A stretch of 51,234 nt of DNA, from contig CAIYDK010000137.1 of NCBI GenBank assembly GCA_903924955.1, positions 1 to 51,234 of the forward strand. Reading direction: 5' to 3'. Shown here piece after piece: positions 8,670-19,028 of the stretch. The stretch is from an uncultured beta proteobacterium. GTDB taxonomy: Bacteria > Pseudomonadota > Gammaproteobacteria > Burkholderiales > Burkholderiaceae_C. Positions within the stretch are counted from its first letter, which is position 1; each line of letters opens with the position of its first letter. The notes below the pieces were generated by a model that was not told the DNA's origin, made no database searches, and saw nothing but the letters and a program-made list of their open reading frames with translations. The position numbers and the translations under genes were made by a program.

Positions 8670-9602
8670 ATGACCGCACTCGTTATTGCTGAACACGACA
8701 ACGCATCCATCAAGGGTGCCACCCTCAACACCGTTACCGCTGCCTTGCAGTGCGGTGGTGATGTCCACGTCCTTGTAGCTGGCAGCAATGCTGGCGCAGC
8801 CGCAGCCGCGGCCGCTCAGATCGCAGGTGTCAGCAAAGTGCTGCACGCCGATTGCGACGCGTTGGCACACGGTCTGGCCGAAAATATGACTGCCCAAATT
8901 GTGGCTGTCGCCGCCAGCTATAGCCATCTTGTTTTTCCGGCAACTGCTGGCGGAAAAAACGTGGCTCCCCGCGTTGCAGCCAAGCTCGATGTGGGTCAGG
9001 TTTCCGACGTCACCAGAGTGGAAGGTGCGGACACGTTTGAGCGACCGATTTATGCTGGCAATGCGATGGCAACGGTACAAAGCCTGGATGCCATCAAGGT
9101 GCTAACCGTGCGCACGACCGGGTTTGACCCCGCGGCTGCTACCGGCGGCAGTGCTGCCATTGAGGTGTTGGGTGCCGTTGCAGCCAGTGCACAGGCTACC
9201 TATCTGGGTTCCGAGATTGCCAAGAACGACCGCCCTGAACTGACAGCTGCCAAGGTCATCGTCGCCGGTGGACGCGCGCTGGGCTCGGCTGAGAAGTTCA
9301 ACGACGTATTGACTCCCCTGGCCGACAAGCTCGGCGCCGCCATCGGTGCATCACGCGCGGCGGTGGACGCGGGCTACGCGGCCAATGACCTGCAAGTGGG
9401 GCAGACCGGCAAGATTGTGGCGCCCCAGCTTTACATTGCCGCTGGCATCAGTGGAGCCATTCAGCACTTGGCTGGCATGAAGGACAGCAAGGTCATTGTC
9501 GCCATCAACAAGGACCCCGAGGCGCCAATCTTCAGTGTGGCTGACTATGGGTTGGAGGCAGACCTGTTTGTTGCTGTGCCAGAGCTTCTGGCTGCGCTGT
9601 AA
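8670..9602 (+). CDS. etfA: Electron transfer flavoprotein alpha subunit
   Basis: GASRAAVDAG and QVGQTGKIVAPQLYIAAGISGAIQHLAGMKDS. Confidence 0.97.
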   Translation: MTALVIAEHDNASIKGATLNTVTAALQCGGDVHVLVAGSNAGAAAAAAAQIAGVSKVLHADCDALAHGLAENMTAQIVAVAASYSHLVFPATAGGKNVAPRVAAKLDVGQVSDVTRVEGADTFERPIYAGNAMATVQSLDAIKVLTVRTTGFDPAAATGGSAAIEVLGAVAASAQATYLGSEIAKNDRPELTAAKVIVAGGRALGSAEKFNDVLTPLADKLGAAIGASRAAVDAGYAANDLQVGQTGKIVAPQLYIAAGISGAIQHLAGMKDSKVIVAINKDPEAPIFSVADYGLEADLFVAVPELLAAL

Positions 9603-9616
9603 GCGCTGACCAATCG

Positions 9617-9646
9617 AAGGGCATCGTTCGCGGTGCCCTTTTTTTT
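9617..9646 (+). terminator. Rho-independent terminator after etfA
   Basis: AAGGGCATCG-TTCG-CGGTGCCCTT followed by TTTTTT. Confidence 0.8.
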
Positions 9647-9690
9647 CGTGTTTTGATTTCATTGCTTTCATTGCATTACCGGAGTACCCC

Positions 9691-11481
9691 ATGAGCTACG
9701 TTGCCCCCGTCAAAGATATGTTGTTCAATATTGAGCATCTGGCCAAGATCGACCAGATCGCACTGATCCCAGGCTTTGAAGATGCTGGCCTGGATACGGC
9801 GCAAGCGGTGCTGGAAGAGGCAGCCAAGTTCAGCGAAGGCGTACTGGCACCGCTGAACTGGGAGGGCGACAAGAACCCTACCAGCTGGAAAGATGGCGTA
9901 GTCACAGCAACTCCAGGCTTTAAGGAGGCGTTCCAGCAATTTGCCGAAGCCGGTTGGCAAGGCCTGCAACACCCGGTTGACTTTGGTGGACAAGGCCTGC
10001 CCAAGACCATTGGCGCGGCCTGCGGTGAAATGGTCAATAGTGCCAACATGAGCTTTGCTCTGTGCCCGTTGTTGAGCGATGGCGCAATTGAAGCGCTGCT
10101 GACCGCAGGCTCCGATGAACTCAAGGCGGTCTATCTGGAAAAGCTGGTTAGTGGCAAATGGACTGGCACCATGAATCTGACCGAACCACAGGCCGGAAGC
10201 GATCTTGCCGCGGTGCGCACCCGCGCCGAGCCACTGCCCGACGGAACCTTCAAGATTTTTGGCACCAAGATTTTTATCACCTGGGGTGAGCACGATATGG
10301 CCGAGAACATCGTCCACCTGGTGCTGGCCCGTGTGCAGGGCGCGCCAGAAGGCGTGAAGGGCATCAGTCTGTTTGTGGTGCCTAAGTTCATGGTCAATAA
10401 GGATGGTTCGCTGGGTGCACGCAATGACGTGCACTGCGTTTCCATCGAGCACAAGATGGGCATTAAGGCCAGCCCTACAGCCGTATTGCAGTTTGGCGAC
10501 CACGGCGGCGCCATTGGCTACCTGGTTGGCCAGGAAAACCGCGGCCTGGAGTACATGTTCATCATGATGAACGCGGCTCGCTATGGCGTAGGTGTGCAGG
10601 GCATTGCCATTGCCGAGCGCGCCTACCAGACTGCTGCCCGTTTTTCGCGTGAGCGTGTGCAAAGCCGCCCGGTGGATGGCACGGTTGCCGCCGGTGCCTC
10701 CATCATTTACCACCCCGATGTGCGCCGTATGCTCATGACCATGCGCGCCTATGTGGAGGGTTGCCGCGCCATGGCCAGCGTGGCGGCTTCTGCTTATGAT
10801 GCGGCGCACAACCACCCGGACGCCGATGTGCGCAAGGTCAACCAGACCTTTTACGAATTCATGGTGCCGCTGGTCAAGGGCTACAGCACGGAGATGAGTC
10901 TCGAAGTCACCTCGTTGGCGGTTCAAGTGCACGGTGGCATGGGCTATATCGAAGAGACTGGTGTGGCTCAGTACTACCGCGACGCCAAGATCCTGACCAT
11001 CTACGAAGGCACGACCGCCATCCAGGCCAATGACCTCGTCGGGCGCAAAACCTCACGCGACGGCGGTCAGAATGCCAAGGCGTTGGCGGTTCAGATTGAA
11101 GGCACTGAGGCCGAATTGATCAAGAGCGGCACGGCGGATGCGCTGGTCATGGCCAAGCGCCTGAAGGCCGCCCGCGAAGCCTTTGTTGACGTCGTGAACT
11201 TTGTGGCCGGCAATACCAAGGCCAGCCCCAATGCCGTGTTTGCGGGTAGCGTGCCTTACCTGATGTTGGCGGGCAATGTGATGGCGGGTTGGCAAATGGC
11301 ACGCGCCATGCTGGTGGCACAAGAGCAAATTGCAGCGGGCACCGATGTGGCATTCATGCAGGCCAAGGTCATCACTGCGCGCTTCTATGCGGACCACCTG
11401 TTGGTCAAGGCTCCCGGTCTGCGCGACAGCATTGTTGAGGGCGCTGAATGCGTTACCGCGCTGGCGCTGGAGGCATTCTGA
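9691..11481 (+). CDS. Acyl-CoA dehydrogenase (long form, about 596 aa)
   Basis: GTMNLTEPQAGSDL, GTKIFIT, EHKMGIKASPT, VQVHGGMGY and IYEGTTAIQANDL. Confidence 0.95.
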   Translation: MSYVAPVKDMLFNIEHLAKIDQIALIPGFEDAGLDTAQAVLEEAAKFSEGVLAPLNWEGDKNPTSWKDGVVTATPGFKEAFQQFAEAGWQGLQHPVDFGGQGLPKTIGAACGEMVNSANMSFALCPLLSDGAIEALLTAGSDELKAVYLEKLVSGKWTGTMNLTEPQAGSDLAAVRTRAEPLPDGTFKIFGTKIFITWGEHDMAENIVHLVLARVQGAPEGVKGISLFVVPKFMVNKDGSLGARNDVHCVSIEHKMGIKASPTAVLQFGDHGGAIGYLVGQENRGLEYMFIMMNAARYGVGVQGIAIAERAYQTAARFSRERVQSRPVDGTVAAGASIIYHPDVRRMLMTMRAYVEGCRAMASVAASAYDAAHNHPDADVRKVNQTFYEFMVPLVKGYSTEMSLEVTSLAVQVHGGMGYIEETGVAQYYRDAKILTIYEGTTAIQANDLVGRKTSRDGGQNAKALAVQIEGTEAELIKSGTADALVMAKRLKAAREAFVDVVNFVAGNTKASPNAVFAGSVPYLMLAGNVMAGWQMARAMLVAQEQIAAGTDVAFMQAKVITARFYADHLLVKAPGLRDSIVEGAECVTALALEAF

Positions 11482-11483
11482 GC

Positions 11484-12437
11484 ATGTCCCAACTTCCCGC
11501 ACCTCTGGATCGTCTGCCGTTTCCGGTGATCGGCTCGCCGCTGTTCATCATCAGCAACCCCAAGCTGGTGATTGCCCAGTGCATTGCGGGTGTGGTGGGT
11601 TCCATGCCCGCGCTCAATGCGCGCCCAGCCGAGCAACTCGAGGAGTGGCTGATTGAGATCACCGAAACCCTGGCCGCCTACAACGCGGCCAATCCTGATA
11701 AACCTGCGGCGCCTTTTGCCATCAACCAGATCGTGCACAAGAGCAACGACCGCCTTGAGCACGACATGGCGATGTGCGTCAAATACAAGGTGCCCATCAT
11801 CATCACCAGCCTGGGTGCACGTGAAGATATCAACGCAGCGGCCCATAGCTATGGCGGAGTGGTGTTGCACGACGTGATCAACAACAAGCACGCGCACAAA
11901 GCCATAGAGAAAGGCGCTGACGGCCTGATCGCCGTAGCCGCTGGTGCCGGTGGACATGCAGGGGTGAAGAGCCCATTTGCACTGGTGCAGGAACTTCGGC
12001 AGTGGTTTGACGGCCCCATCGCACTAAGTGGGTCCATTGCCACGGGTGACGCTGTGTTGGCGGCACAGGCTTGCGGGGCAGACTTTGCCTACATTGGCTC
12101 AGCCTTCATCGCGACGGAAGAAGCCCGTGCCAGCGATGCCTACAAGCAGGCGATTGTGGACAGTAATTCGGATGAGATTGTTTACAGCAACCTCTTCACC
12201 GGCGTGCACGGAAACTACCTGGCACCGAGCATCCGCGCGGCAGGGCTGGACCCCGCCAATCTGCCGGAGAGCGATCCGAGCAAGATGAATTTTGGCGGTG
12301 ACAAAAGCAAAGCCTGGAAAGACATTTGGGGCTGTGGCCAGGGTATTGGCGCTGTGAGCAAGGTGCAGCCGGTGGCCGACTTTGTGGCCCAGCTCAAGCG
12401 CGAGTACGCGGCTGCCCGTACCCGGTTGATGGGATAA
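11484..12437 (+). CDS. Nitronate monooxygenase family flavin oxidoreductase
   Basis: PVIGSPLFIIS, GAGGHAG and AYIGSAFIAT. ATG chosen 2 nt after the ACAD stop. Confidence 0.88.
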   Translation: MSQLPAPLDRLPFPVIGSPLFIISNPKLVIAQCIAGVVGSMPALNARPAEQLEEWLIEITETLAAYNAANPDKPAAPFAINQIVHKSNDRLEHDMAMCVKYKVPIIITSLGAREDINAAAHSYGGVVLHDVINNKHAHKAIEKGADGLIAVAAGAGGHAGVKSPFALVQELRQWFDGPIALSGSIATGDAVLAAQACGADFAYIGSAFIATEEARASDAYKQAIVDSNSDEIVYSNLFTGVHGNYLAPSIRAAGLDPANLPESDPSKMNFGGDKSKAWKDIWGCGQGIGAVSKVQPVADFVAQLKREYAAARTRLMG

Positions 12438-12478
12438 ATCTGTCGCGGCAGATGGAACCGCCATCGCACTGTATGACG

Positions 12479-13843
12479 CTAGCAGGGCCAGGTAGATCCA
12501 TGCTCAGGCACCATGGCGCGCCAGCCCAGGTCGTGTTCAATGCGCCCCCGCAAGGCGTCGGATGCCGACAGGTCCCCGTGCACCACATATATCTGGTCTG
12601 GTCGGTTGGGCATGCTGCGCAGCCATTGCAGCAATTGGTTCGCATCCGCGTGGGCTGAGGCTGACTGCAGCTGCACAATTTCTGCATTCACCTCCACATC
12701 GCGGCCATGGATGCGTACGGACTTTGCACCGCTGGCCAACGTCGCGCCACGGGTACCCGGGGCTTGGTAACCGGTCAGGATGACCATGTTGCGGTGATTG
12801 CCACAATGGTGTTCCAAGTGGTGCAAGACCCGACCGCCGGTGGCCATGCCGCTGGCCGACAAAATAACCATGGGACCATGGCGGGAAGCCAGTGCCTTGG
12901 ATTCGTCCGTGCTGTTGATCATGGTGGCGCAGTGGGTCATGGCACGGGTTTCGTGCGCGTCCAGACGGTGCTCGCCGTGATGTCCCTCAAAGAGGTGTGT
13001 CGTGTGCACCGCCATCGGACTGTCCAGAAAAATGGGAAGCGCGTGGGGAATCCTGCCGCTGGCCTTGAGTTGGGCAATGGCATGCAATACCGCCTGCGCT
13101 CGCCCGACTGCGAATACCGGCACCACCGCCACGCCGCCACGGGCTGCCAGTCGCTGCAGGGCAACACCGAGTTCGGCAGCCAGGTTTTCTAGTGGATGCT
13201 GGCGGTCGCCGTAGGTGGACTCAATCAATACCGTGTCGGCAGCGGGGGGCTTGTCGGGCGGGAACATGATGGAGTCGTCGGGGCGCCCCAGGTCGCCGGA
13301 GAACAAAATGCGCCGTCCTGCCACCTCCAGCAACACGCTGGAGGCACCCAAAATATGGCCGGCGCCGCTCAGCGTGACGCGCCATTCTGGGATGGGCTGA
13401 AAGGTGGTTCCGATATGTATGGCCCTGATACGAGGGAGGCAGTCCAGCGCGTCCTGCCGGCTATACAGGGGCAGGGCAGGTGCATGCTTGGACAGTCCGT
13501 GGCGATTGGCAAAAGCAGCATCTTCTTCCTGGATGTGGCCACTATCGGGTAGCAAAATTTTGCACAAAGCCTGGGTTCCGGCGGAAGCATAGATTGGGCC
13601 GCTGAAACCTTCCTTGACCAGCAGTGGCAGATAGCCGCTGTGGTCCAGGTGGGCATGGGTCAGGATGACCGCATCCACCGCGTCAGGCGCGATGGGCAAG
13701 GGCGTCCAGTTGCGCAGGCGCAGTTGCTTGTAGCCCTGGAACAGACCGCAGTCGATCAATAGGCTATGGCCGTCGTGTCGGATCAGGTATTTCGAACCAG
13801 TGACCGTGTTAGCCCCGCCCAGAAATGTGATGTTGACGCCCAT
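12479..13843 (-). CDS. MBL-fold beta-CASP metallo-hydrolase (RNA-processing type)
   Basis: FLGGANTVTGS, LTHAHLDHSG, AGHILGAS, FSGDLG, ESTYG, SAHAD and VVHG. Confidence 0.92.
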   Translation of the reverse strand: MGVNITFLGGANTVTGSKYLIRHDGHSLLIDCGLFQGYKQLRLRNWTPLPIAPDAVDAVILTHAHLDHSGYLPLLVKEGFSGPIYASAGTQALCKILLPDSGHIQEEDAAFANRHGLSKHAPALPLYSRQDALDCLPRIRAIHIGTTFQPIPEWRVTLSGAGHILGASSVLLEVAGRRILFSGDLGRPDDSIMFPPDKPPAADTVLIESTYGDRQHPLENLAAELGVALQRLAARGGVAVVPVFAVGRAQAVLHAIAQLKASGRIPHALPIFLDSPMAVHTTHLFEGHHGEHRLDAHETRAMTHCATMINSTDESKALASRHGPMVILSASGMATGGRVLHHLEHHCGNHRNMVILTGYQAPGTRGATLASGAKSVRIHGRDVEVNAEIVQLQSASAHADANQLLQWLRSMPNRPDQIYVVHGDLSASDALRGRIEHDLGWRAMVPEHGSTWPC

Positions 13844-13861
13844 GAGATGACTCCTTCAAAT

Positions 13862-13898
13862 AAAAATGCCGCCAAGTCCTTTATAGACCGGGCGGCAT
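13862..13898 (-). terminator. Rho-independent terminator after dnaJ
   Basis: ATGCCGCC...GGCGGCAT stem followed by a T tract on the minus strand. Confidence 0.7.
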
Positions 13899-13924
13899 GG
13901 TTTGGTGGCCACTATGCGCTAAGT

Positions 13925-13938
13925 TTGATGCGTATCAA
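13925..13938. promoter_or_regulatory. FNR/ANR box upstream of the beta-CASP gene
   Basis: Exact consensus TTGAT-GCGT-ATCAA; a candidate -10 (AACCAT, 13897-13902, minus strand) puts it at -41.5. Confidence 0.7.
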
Positions 13939-15071
13939 CTGAAGAAGCTTTTTAGCCGATCGGTCCAACTGTCGCCGGAGGGTGAGTGCTTGTTGCCACC
14001 TTTCTTCAAGGATTCGTCGAGCTCACGCAACAAACGCCGCTGGTGCTCGCTGAGCTTGACGGGTGTTTCCACTGCAATGTGACAGTACAGGTCGCCTGGG
14101 TAGCTGGCACGCACGCCTTTAATGCCCTTGCCACGCAGGCGGAATTGTTTCCCGGTTTGTGTGCCTTCGGGGATGTCAATGGCCGCTTTGCCTGCCAGTG
14201 TAGGTACGTCGATCTCACCACCGAGCGCTGCGGTTGCCATGCTAATGGGGACCGAGCAGTGGAGGTCATCTCCATCGCGCTCGAAGATGTCGTGCTTCTT
14301 GAGCCGAATTTCGATGTACAAATCGCCCGCCGGGCCGCCGTTGGTTCCGGGTTCGCCGTTGCCGGTACTGCGGATCCGCATGCCGCCATCAATGCCGGCT
14401 GGAATTTTGACTTCCAGGGTTTTTTGCTTCTTGACCTTGCCTTGTCCGTGGCAGGCAATACAAGGTTCCGGAATGACCTTGCCGGTGCCGCGGCAAGTGG
14501 GGCAAGTTTGCTGGACGCTGAAAAAGCCCTGGCGCATCTGCACCGAGCCCGAGCCGCTACAGGTGCCGCAGGTCTTGACTTGGGTGCCGGGCTTGGCGCC
14601 GTTGCCTTTGCAGACCTCGCATGCATCCCAGCTGGGAATGCGAATTTGTGCGTCTTTGCCACGTGCTGCTTCTTCCAGTGTGACTTCCATTGCGTAGCTC
14701 AGGTCGCTGCCGCGAAACACCTGGCGTCCGCCGCCGCCGCCGGGACGACCACGTTGTTGGCCAAACATGTCGCCAAAGATATCGCCAAAAGCCTCGGCAA
14801 AGCCACCATAGCCTTCGCCGCCCGGGCCGCGCATATTGGGGTCCACGCCAGCGTGACCATGCTGGTCGTAGGCCGCCCGCTTTTGTGGGTCTGACAGCAT
14901 CTCGTAGGCTTCTTTGGCTTCCTTGAATTTGTCCTCGGCTACCTTGCCCGAGTCGCCCTGATTGCGGTCGGGATGGTGCTTCATCGCAAGTTTGCGATAT
15001 GACTTCTTGATGTCTTCGTCGGACGCGTTTTTGGGAACACCCAGAATTTCGTAAAAGTCTCTTTTAGCCAT
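13935..15071 (-). CDS. dnaJ: Chaperone DnaJ
   Basis: J domain with HPD, G/F-rich linker and four CxxCxGxG repeats. Confidence 0.98.
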   Translation of the reverse strand: MAKRDFYEILGVPKNASDEDIKKSYRKLAMKHHPDRNQGDSGKVAEDKFKEAKEAYEMLSDPQKRAAYDQHGHAGVDPNMRGPGGEGYGGFAEAFGDIFGDMFGQQRGRPGGGGGRQVFRGSDLSYAMEVTLEEAARGKDAQIRIPSWDACEVCKGNGAKPGTQVKTCGTCSGSGSVQMRQGFFSVQQTCPTCRGTGKVIPEPCIACHGQGKVKKQKTLEVKIPAGIDGGMRIRSTGNGEPGTNGGPAGDLYIEIRLKKHDIFERDGDDLHCSVPISMATAALGGEIDVPTLAGKAAIDIPEGTQTGKQFRLRGKGIKGVRASYPGDLYCHIAVETPVKLSEHQRRLLRELDESLKKGGNKHSPSGDSWTDRLKSFFS

Positions 15072-15117
15072 GGTTGCCAGACAGTGTTGGTCTTTGAATA
15101 AATGCGCAAACTTGATG

Positions 15118-15163
15118 CAAAACGCCGCGCCGATGATTCCTGGAGAATCTTTCGGGCGCGGCG
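15118..15163 (-). terminator. Hairpin/terminator between dnaK and dnaJ
   Basis: CGCCGCGCC...GGCGCGGCG stem followed by TTTT on the minus strand. Confidence 0.55.
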
Positions 15164-15193
15164 AGCCAAATCAGCACGCTATGCGTGTTCCAT

Positions 15194-17155
15194 TTAGCCC
15201 TTTTTGACTTCCTTGACCTCGGCGTCCACGACGTTGTCATCAGCGGCATGTGATGCCGAAGATGCACCAGCAGCAGATTGCTGTGGTTGTTCGCCACCGG
15301 CTTGTTGACCACCTTCGGCAGCTTGCTTGGCCTGCATGTCAGCGTACATTTTTTCGCCTAATTTCTGGCTGGCCGTCATTAGAGCGGTATTTTTCTCGTC
15401 AATGGCGCCCTTGTCGTCACCCTTGATGGCTTCTTCCAGGTCCTTGATGGCAGCTTCGATCTTTTCCTTCTCGCCGGCGTCGAGTTTGTCACCATACTCG
15501 GTCAGACTCTTGCGCACGCTGTGCACGCTGGAGTCGGCCTGATTTTTGGACTGGACCAATTCAATTTTTTTCTTGTCATCGGCGGCGTTCAATTCAGCGT
15601 CTTTCACCATTTGCTGAATCTCGGCCTCGGACAGGCCCGAATTGGCCTTGATGGTGATCTTGTTCTCTTTGCCAGTGCCTTTGTCTTTGGCGCCCACGTG
15701 CAGGATTCCGTTGGCGTCGATGTCAAACGACACTTCAATTTGAGGGGTTCCACGTGCTGCGGGAGGAATACCTTCGAGGTTGAATTCGCCCAGCATCTTG
15801 TTGCCCACAGCAATTTCGCGCTCGCCCTGGAACACCTTGATGGTCACGGCGGGCTGGTTGTCTTCAGCTGTCGAGAAGGTCTGTGCAAACTTGGTCGGGA
15901 TGGTGGTGTTCTTGGTGATCATCTTGGTCATCACACCACCCATGGTCTCGATGCCCAGCGACAGAGGCGTCACGTCGAGCAACAGCACGTCTTTACGGTC
16001 ACCGGACAAGACCTGCCCCTGGATCGCAGCACCAACGGCCACCGCTTCATCCGGGTTTACATCCTTGCGCGGCTCCTTGCCGAACAGCTCTTTGACTTTC
16101 TCCTGCACCTTGGGCATACGGGTCATGCCGCCGACCAGAATCACGTCGTGAATGTCGGACACCTTGACGCCAGCATCTTTGATGGCCGTTCGGCAAGGTG
16201 CAATCGTGCGCTCGATTAACTCTTCAACCAGGCTTTCGAGTTTGGCGCGCGTCAGCTTGATGTTCAGGTGCTTGGGGCCGGAAGCATCGGCTGTCACGTA
16301 GGGCAGGTTGATGTCGGTTTGTGCGCTGCTGGAGAGTTCGATCTTGGCCTTTTCAGCGGCTTCTTTCAGGCGCTGCAGGGCCAGAACGTCTTTGCCGAGG
16401 TCCACGCCCTGTTCTTTCTTGAACTCGGCAATGATGAAGTCGATGATGCGCTGGTCGAAGTCTTCGCCACCCAGGAAGGTGTCGCCATTGGTGGACAGCA
16501 CTTCGAACTGTTTTTCGCCATCGACATCGGCGATTTCGATGATCGACACGTCAAACGTGCCACCGCCCAGGTCATACACCGCAATCTTGCGGTCACCCTT
16601 TTCGTTCTTGTCCAAGCCGAAGGCCAAAGCGGCCGCGGTGGGTTCGTTGATGATTCGCTTGACGTCCAGACCAGCAATGCGGCCCGCGTCCTTGGTGGCC
16701 TGGCGTTGCGCGTCATTGAAATAAGCAGGTACCGTAATCACGGCATCCGTCACTTCTTCGCCGAGGTAGTCTTCGGCGGTTTTCTTCATCTTGCGAAGAA
16801 TATCGGCGCTGACTTGCTGGGGCGCCATGCGGTTACCACGCACTTCAACCCATGCGTCGCCGTTGTCGGCCGCGGCAATTTTGTAGGGCATCAGGTCGAT
16901 GTCCTTCTGCACTTCCTTTTCGGAAAACTTACGGCCAATCAAGCGTTTGACTGCGTATAAAGTGTTCTTGGGATTGGTGACGGATTGGCGCTTGGCCGAT
17001 GCTCCGACCAGCACTTCGCCGTCTTCCTGGTACGCAATGATGGACGGGGTGGTGCGGGCACCTTCCGCATTTTCAATAACCTTGGGCGTGTTGCCCTCCA
17101 TGATGGCCACGCAGCTATTGGTGGTTCCCAAGTCAATGCCGATGATTCTTCCCAT
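15194..17155 (-). CDS. dnaK: Chaperone DnaK (Hsp70)
   Basis: [29 protein letters not shown] and [10 protein letters not shown]. Confidence 0.99.
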   Translation of the reverse strand: MGRIIGIDLGTTNSCVAIMEGNTPKVIENAEGARTTPSIIAYQEDGEVLVGASAKRQSVTNPKNTLYAVKRLIGRKFSEKEVQKDIDLMPYKIAAADNGDAWVEVRGNRMAPQQVSADILRKMKKTAEDYLGEEVTDAVITVPAYFNDAQRQATKDAGRIAGLDVKRIINEPTAAALAFGLDKNEKGDRKIAVYDLGGGTFDVSIIEIADVDGEKQFEVLSTNGDTFLGGEDFDQRIIDFIIAEFKKEQGVDLGKDVLALQRLKEAAEKAKIELSSSAQTDINLPYVTADASGPKHLNIKLTRAKLESLVEELIERTIAPCRTAIKDAGVKVSDIHDVILVGGMTRMPKVQEKVKELFGKEPRKDVNPDEAVAVGAAIQGQVLSGDRKDVLLLDVTPLSLGIETMGGVMTKMITKNTTIPTKFAQTFSTAEDNQPAVTIKVFQGEREIAVGNKMLGEFNLEGIPPAARGTPQIEVSFDIDANGILHVGAKDKGTGKENKITIKANSGLSEAEIQQMVKDAELNAADDKKKIELVQSKNQADSSVHSVRKSLTEYGDKLDAGEKEKIEAAIKDLEEAIKGDDKGAIDEKNTALMTASQKLGEKMYADMQAKQAAEGGQQAGGEQPQQSAAGASSASHAADDNVVDAEVKEVKKG

Positions 17156-17252
17156 GATTTACTCCTGCGATCTTAAAAATTCAGATGGAGGTCACTTGAA
17201 GCCGGTTTTACGGAATTCAAGTGCCTAAAAGACGGTTTGTGGTGTGGGTGAG

Positions 17253-17816
17253 CTACTTGGGCGCCGAAACTGTTACCAGGGCGGGGCGCAAAACACGGTC
17301 CGCAATGGAATAGCCCTTTTGCAATAAGCCGACAACCGTGTTGGCCTCCTGCTCCGACGGGACAACACTAATCGCTTGGTGCTGATGTGGGTCAAATTTG
17401 GTGCCCGCCGCGGGGGCAATGGCCAGTACTTTATTGCGCTCCAGGGCCGCAATCAGTTGCCGCAGGGTCGCTTGGGCACCCTCGCGAATTTGTTCGGCTG
17501 TGGCATCTTTGATGATCAGGCCGGCCTCCAGGCTGTCGGCTACAGGCAGCAGGCTTTCAGCAAAGCTTTCGACCGCAAATTTGCGGGCCTTGGAAATTTC
17601 ATCCTCGGCGCGTCGACGCGCATTTTCAGCGTCTGCCTTGGCTCGCAGATACTGGTCTGCCAGCTCGCCGCTTTTTGTTTGAAGGGCAGTCAATTCGGCC
17701 TGGACTTGCGCCAGAGACTCTGCTTCTGAGAAGCCTTGCGAGGCAACCATGCCTTCGGTGCTTTGGTATGCGGCGTCGAGTATTTCGGAATGTGGGGTAG
17801 TTGGCTGGTCAGACAT
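17253..17816 (-). CDS. grpE: Nucleotide exchange factor GrpE
   Basis: [21 protein letters not shown] and [18 protein letters not shown]. Confidence 0.96.
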   Translation of the reverse strand: MSDQPTTPHSEILDAAYQSTEGMVASQGFSEAESLAQVQAELTALQTKSGELADQYLRAKADAENARRRAEDEISKARKFAVESFAESLLPVADSLEAGLIIKDATAEQIREGAQATLRQLIAALERNKVLAIAPAAGTKFDPHQHQAISVVPSEQEANTVVGLLQKGYSIADRVLRPALVTVSAPK

Positions 17817-17863
17817 GCAATGGATGAAGGATTAACTTCTGGTTACAAACGGATGAGCCTAGT

Positions 17864-17890
17864 TGTTGGGGCGCATCAAAACAATTCAAG
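17864..17890 (-). promoter_or_regulatory. Sigma32 (RpoH) promoter of grpE
   Basis: CTTGAA-13 bp-CCCCAACA on the minus strand. Confidence 0.75.
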
Positions 17891-17938
17891 GGCCGAATCG
17901 GCTCGAGACGGGGGTACATCGAGCCGCTTTGTCGTGCA

Positions 17939-18292
17939 TCAATCCGAAGTTCCTAACAGCTCTACATCGAACTTGAGGGTTGCATTCGGGGGAATTACGC
18001 CGCCTGCGCCCCGTGCACCATAGCCCAGGCTAGCGGGAATGATCAGGGTGCGTGCGCCCCCCACTTTCATGCCGGCTACACCTTCGTCCCAGCCGCGGAT
18101 CACCATACCTGCGCCCAAGTGAAATACAAACGGGTCATTGCGATCCTTGCTGGAGTCGAATTTTGCGCCCTGCGTGTTGTCGTTGTACAGCCATCCTGTG
18201 TAGTGCACCGTTACGCTTTGTCCTTTGGTGGCAACAGCGCCAGTGCCCTCAATGGTGTCTTCGTATTGCAGACCGCTATCAGTTGTAGGCAT
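17939..18292 (-). CDS. FKBP-type peptidyl-prolyl isomerase
   Basis: VHYTGWL, FDSS, VIRGWDEG and YGARGAGGVIPPNATLKFDVEL. Start moved to MPTTDSG after the AAAGGA RBS. Confidence 0.95.
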   Translation of the reverse strand: MPTTDSGLQYEDTIEGTGAVATKGQSVTVHYTGWLYNDNTQGAKFDSSKDRNDPFVFHLGAGMVIRGWDEGVAGMKVGGARTLIIPASLGYGARGAGGVIPPNATLKFDVELLGTSD

Positions 18293-18424
18293 AAAAATTC
18301 CTTTGTGAAGTGCTGGCGGGTTGTGCCAATGAATATTAGATGGATGCTTCAAGCAGTTAGCGGTTCCCGAAAGGGAATTTTCCGCCGCTGTCATTTGCGC
18401 AAGGCTGCAAATTATGCCGCAGAC

Positions 18425-18452
18425 AAAAAAAGACAGGCACTGCCTGTCTTTT
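18425..18452. terminator. Terminator downstream of the HxlR gene (bidirectional shape)
   Basis: AAAAGACAGGCA-C-TGCCTGTCTTTT. Confidence 0.7.
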
Positions 18453-18485
18453 GGATTTCGGTCGACCTACTGGGGAAAGCCTGTT

Positions 18486-18797
18486 TCAGGTGGCTTTCTT
18501 GGCTTGGTTAGCTGCCCATTTACCAGCGAAAGCCTGCAGGTCACCCAGGCGTTTGAGCAAGTCGGCCCCCATGGTGGTGACAATATACCCGTCGCTGCCA
18601 TGCGTCAAAAGACCCGCTTCGCGCAACTCTTTGATTCGCGTGTTCAGGGTATTCGGGGTAATTCCACCGATGCTATCCTGCAGCAAGCGAAAAGTCTGGG
18701 CATGTCCGTCACGAAGAGCCCACATCACGCGTATGGCGTAGCGCGACTCCAGCAGACTCAATAATTGACCGATGGCCAACGATTCTTTAGCACTCAT
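18486..18797 (-). CDS. HxlR family winged-helix regulator
   Basis: FRLLQDSIGGITPNTLNTRIKELREAGL and Y..T..G; GAGAGGA RBS. Confidence 0.85.
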   Translation of the reverse strand: MSAKESLAIGQLLSLLESRYAIRVMWALRDGHAQTFRLLQDSIGGITPNTLNTRIKELREAGLLTHGSDGYIVTTMGADLLKRLGDLQAFAGKWAANQAKKAT

Positions 18798-19028
18798 TAA
18801 CTAGTCCTCTCCTCGATTCGATTTCATAGCGGGTGAATGGTTTGACACCGCAGTCACCCTGAAAATTGGTTGTGAGCATACTCAATTGATTGAAACTATA
18901 TCGTAGTTTTCTGCTTGCTACAAGTTTCATAGCTGTTTGTTTGTCCCGCCAGTGGCTTGTCATCAAGCGGTGGAGGTGCTAAGGTTGCGCAGAAGTTTGC
19001 CTATTTGCGCAGTAATTTGGAGGTATTA

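Noticed and set aside
9676-10932. Long antisense ORFs (also 13986-14894, 20226-21593, 29838-30809 and 38542-39846)
   Set aside because: They shadow well-supported genes on the other strand, which is typical of GC-rich codon usage, and have no recognisable motifs.
18787-18795. TTAGCACTC, a CIRCE half-site near the heat-shock genes
   Set aside because: No second arm at 9-bp spacing; it is simply the antisense of the first HxlR codons.
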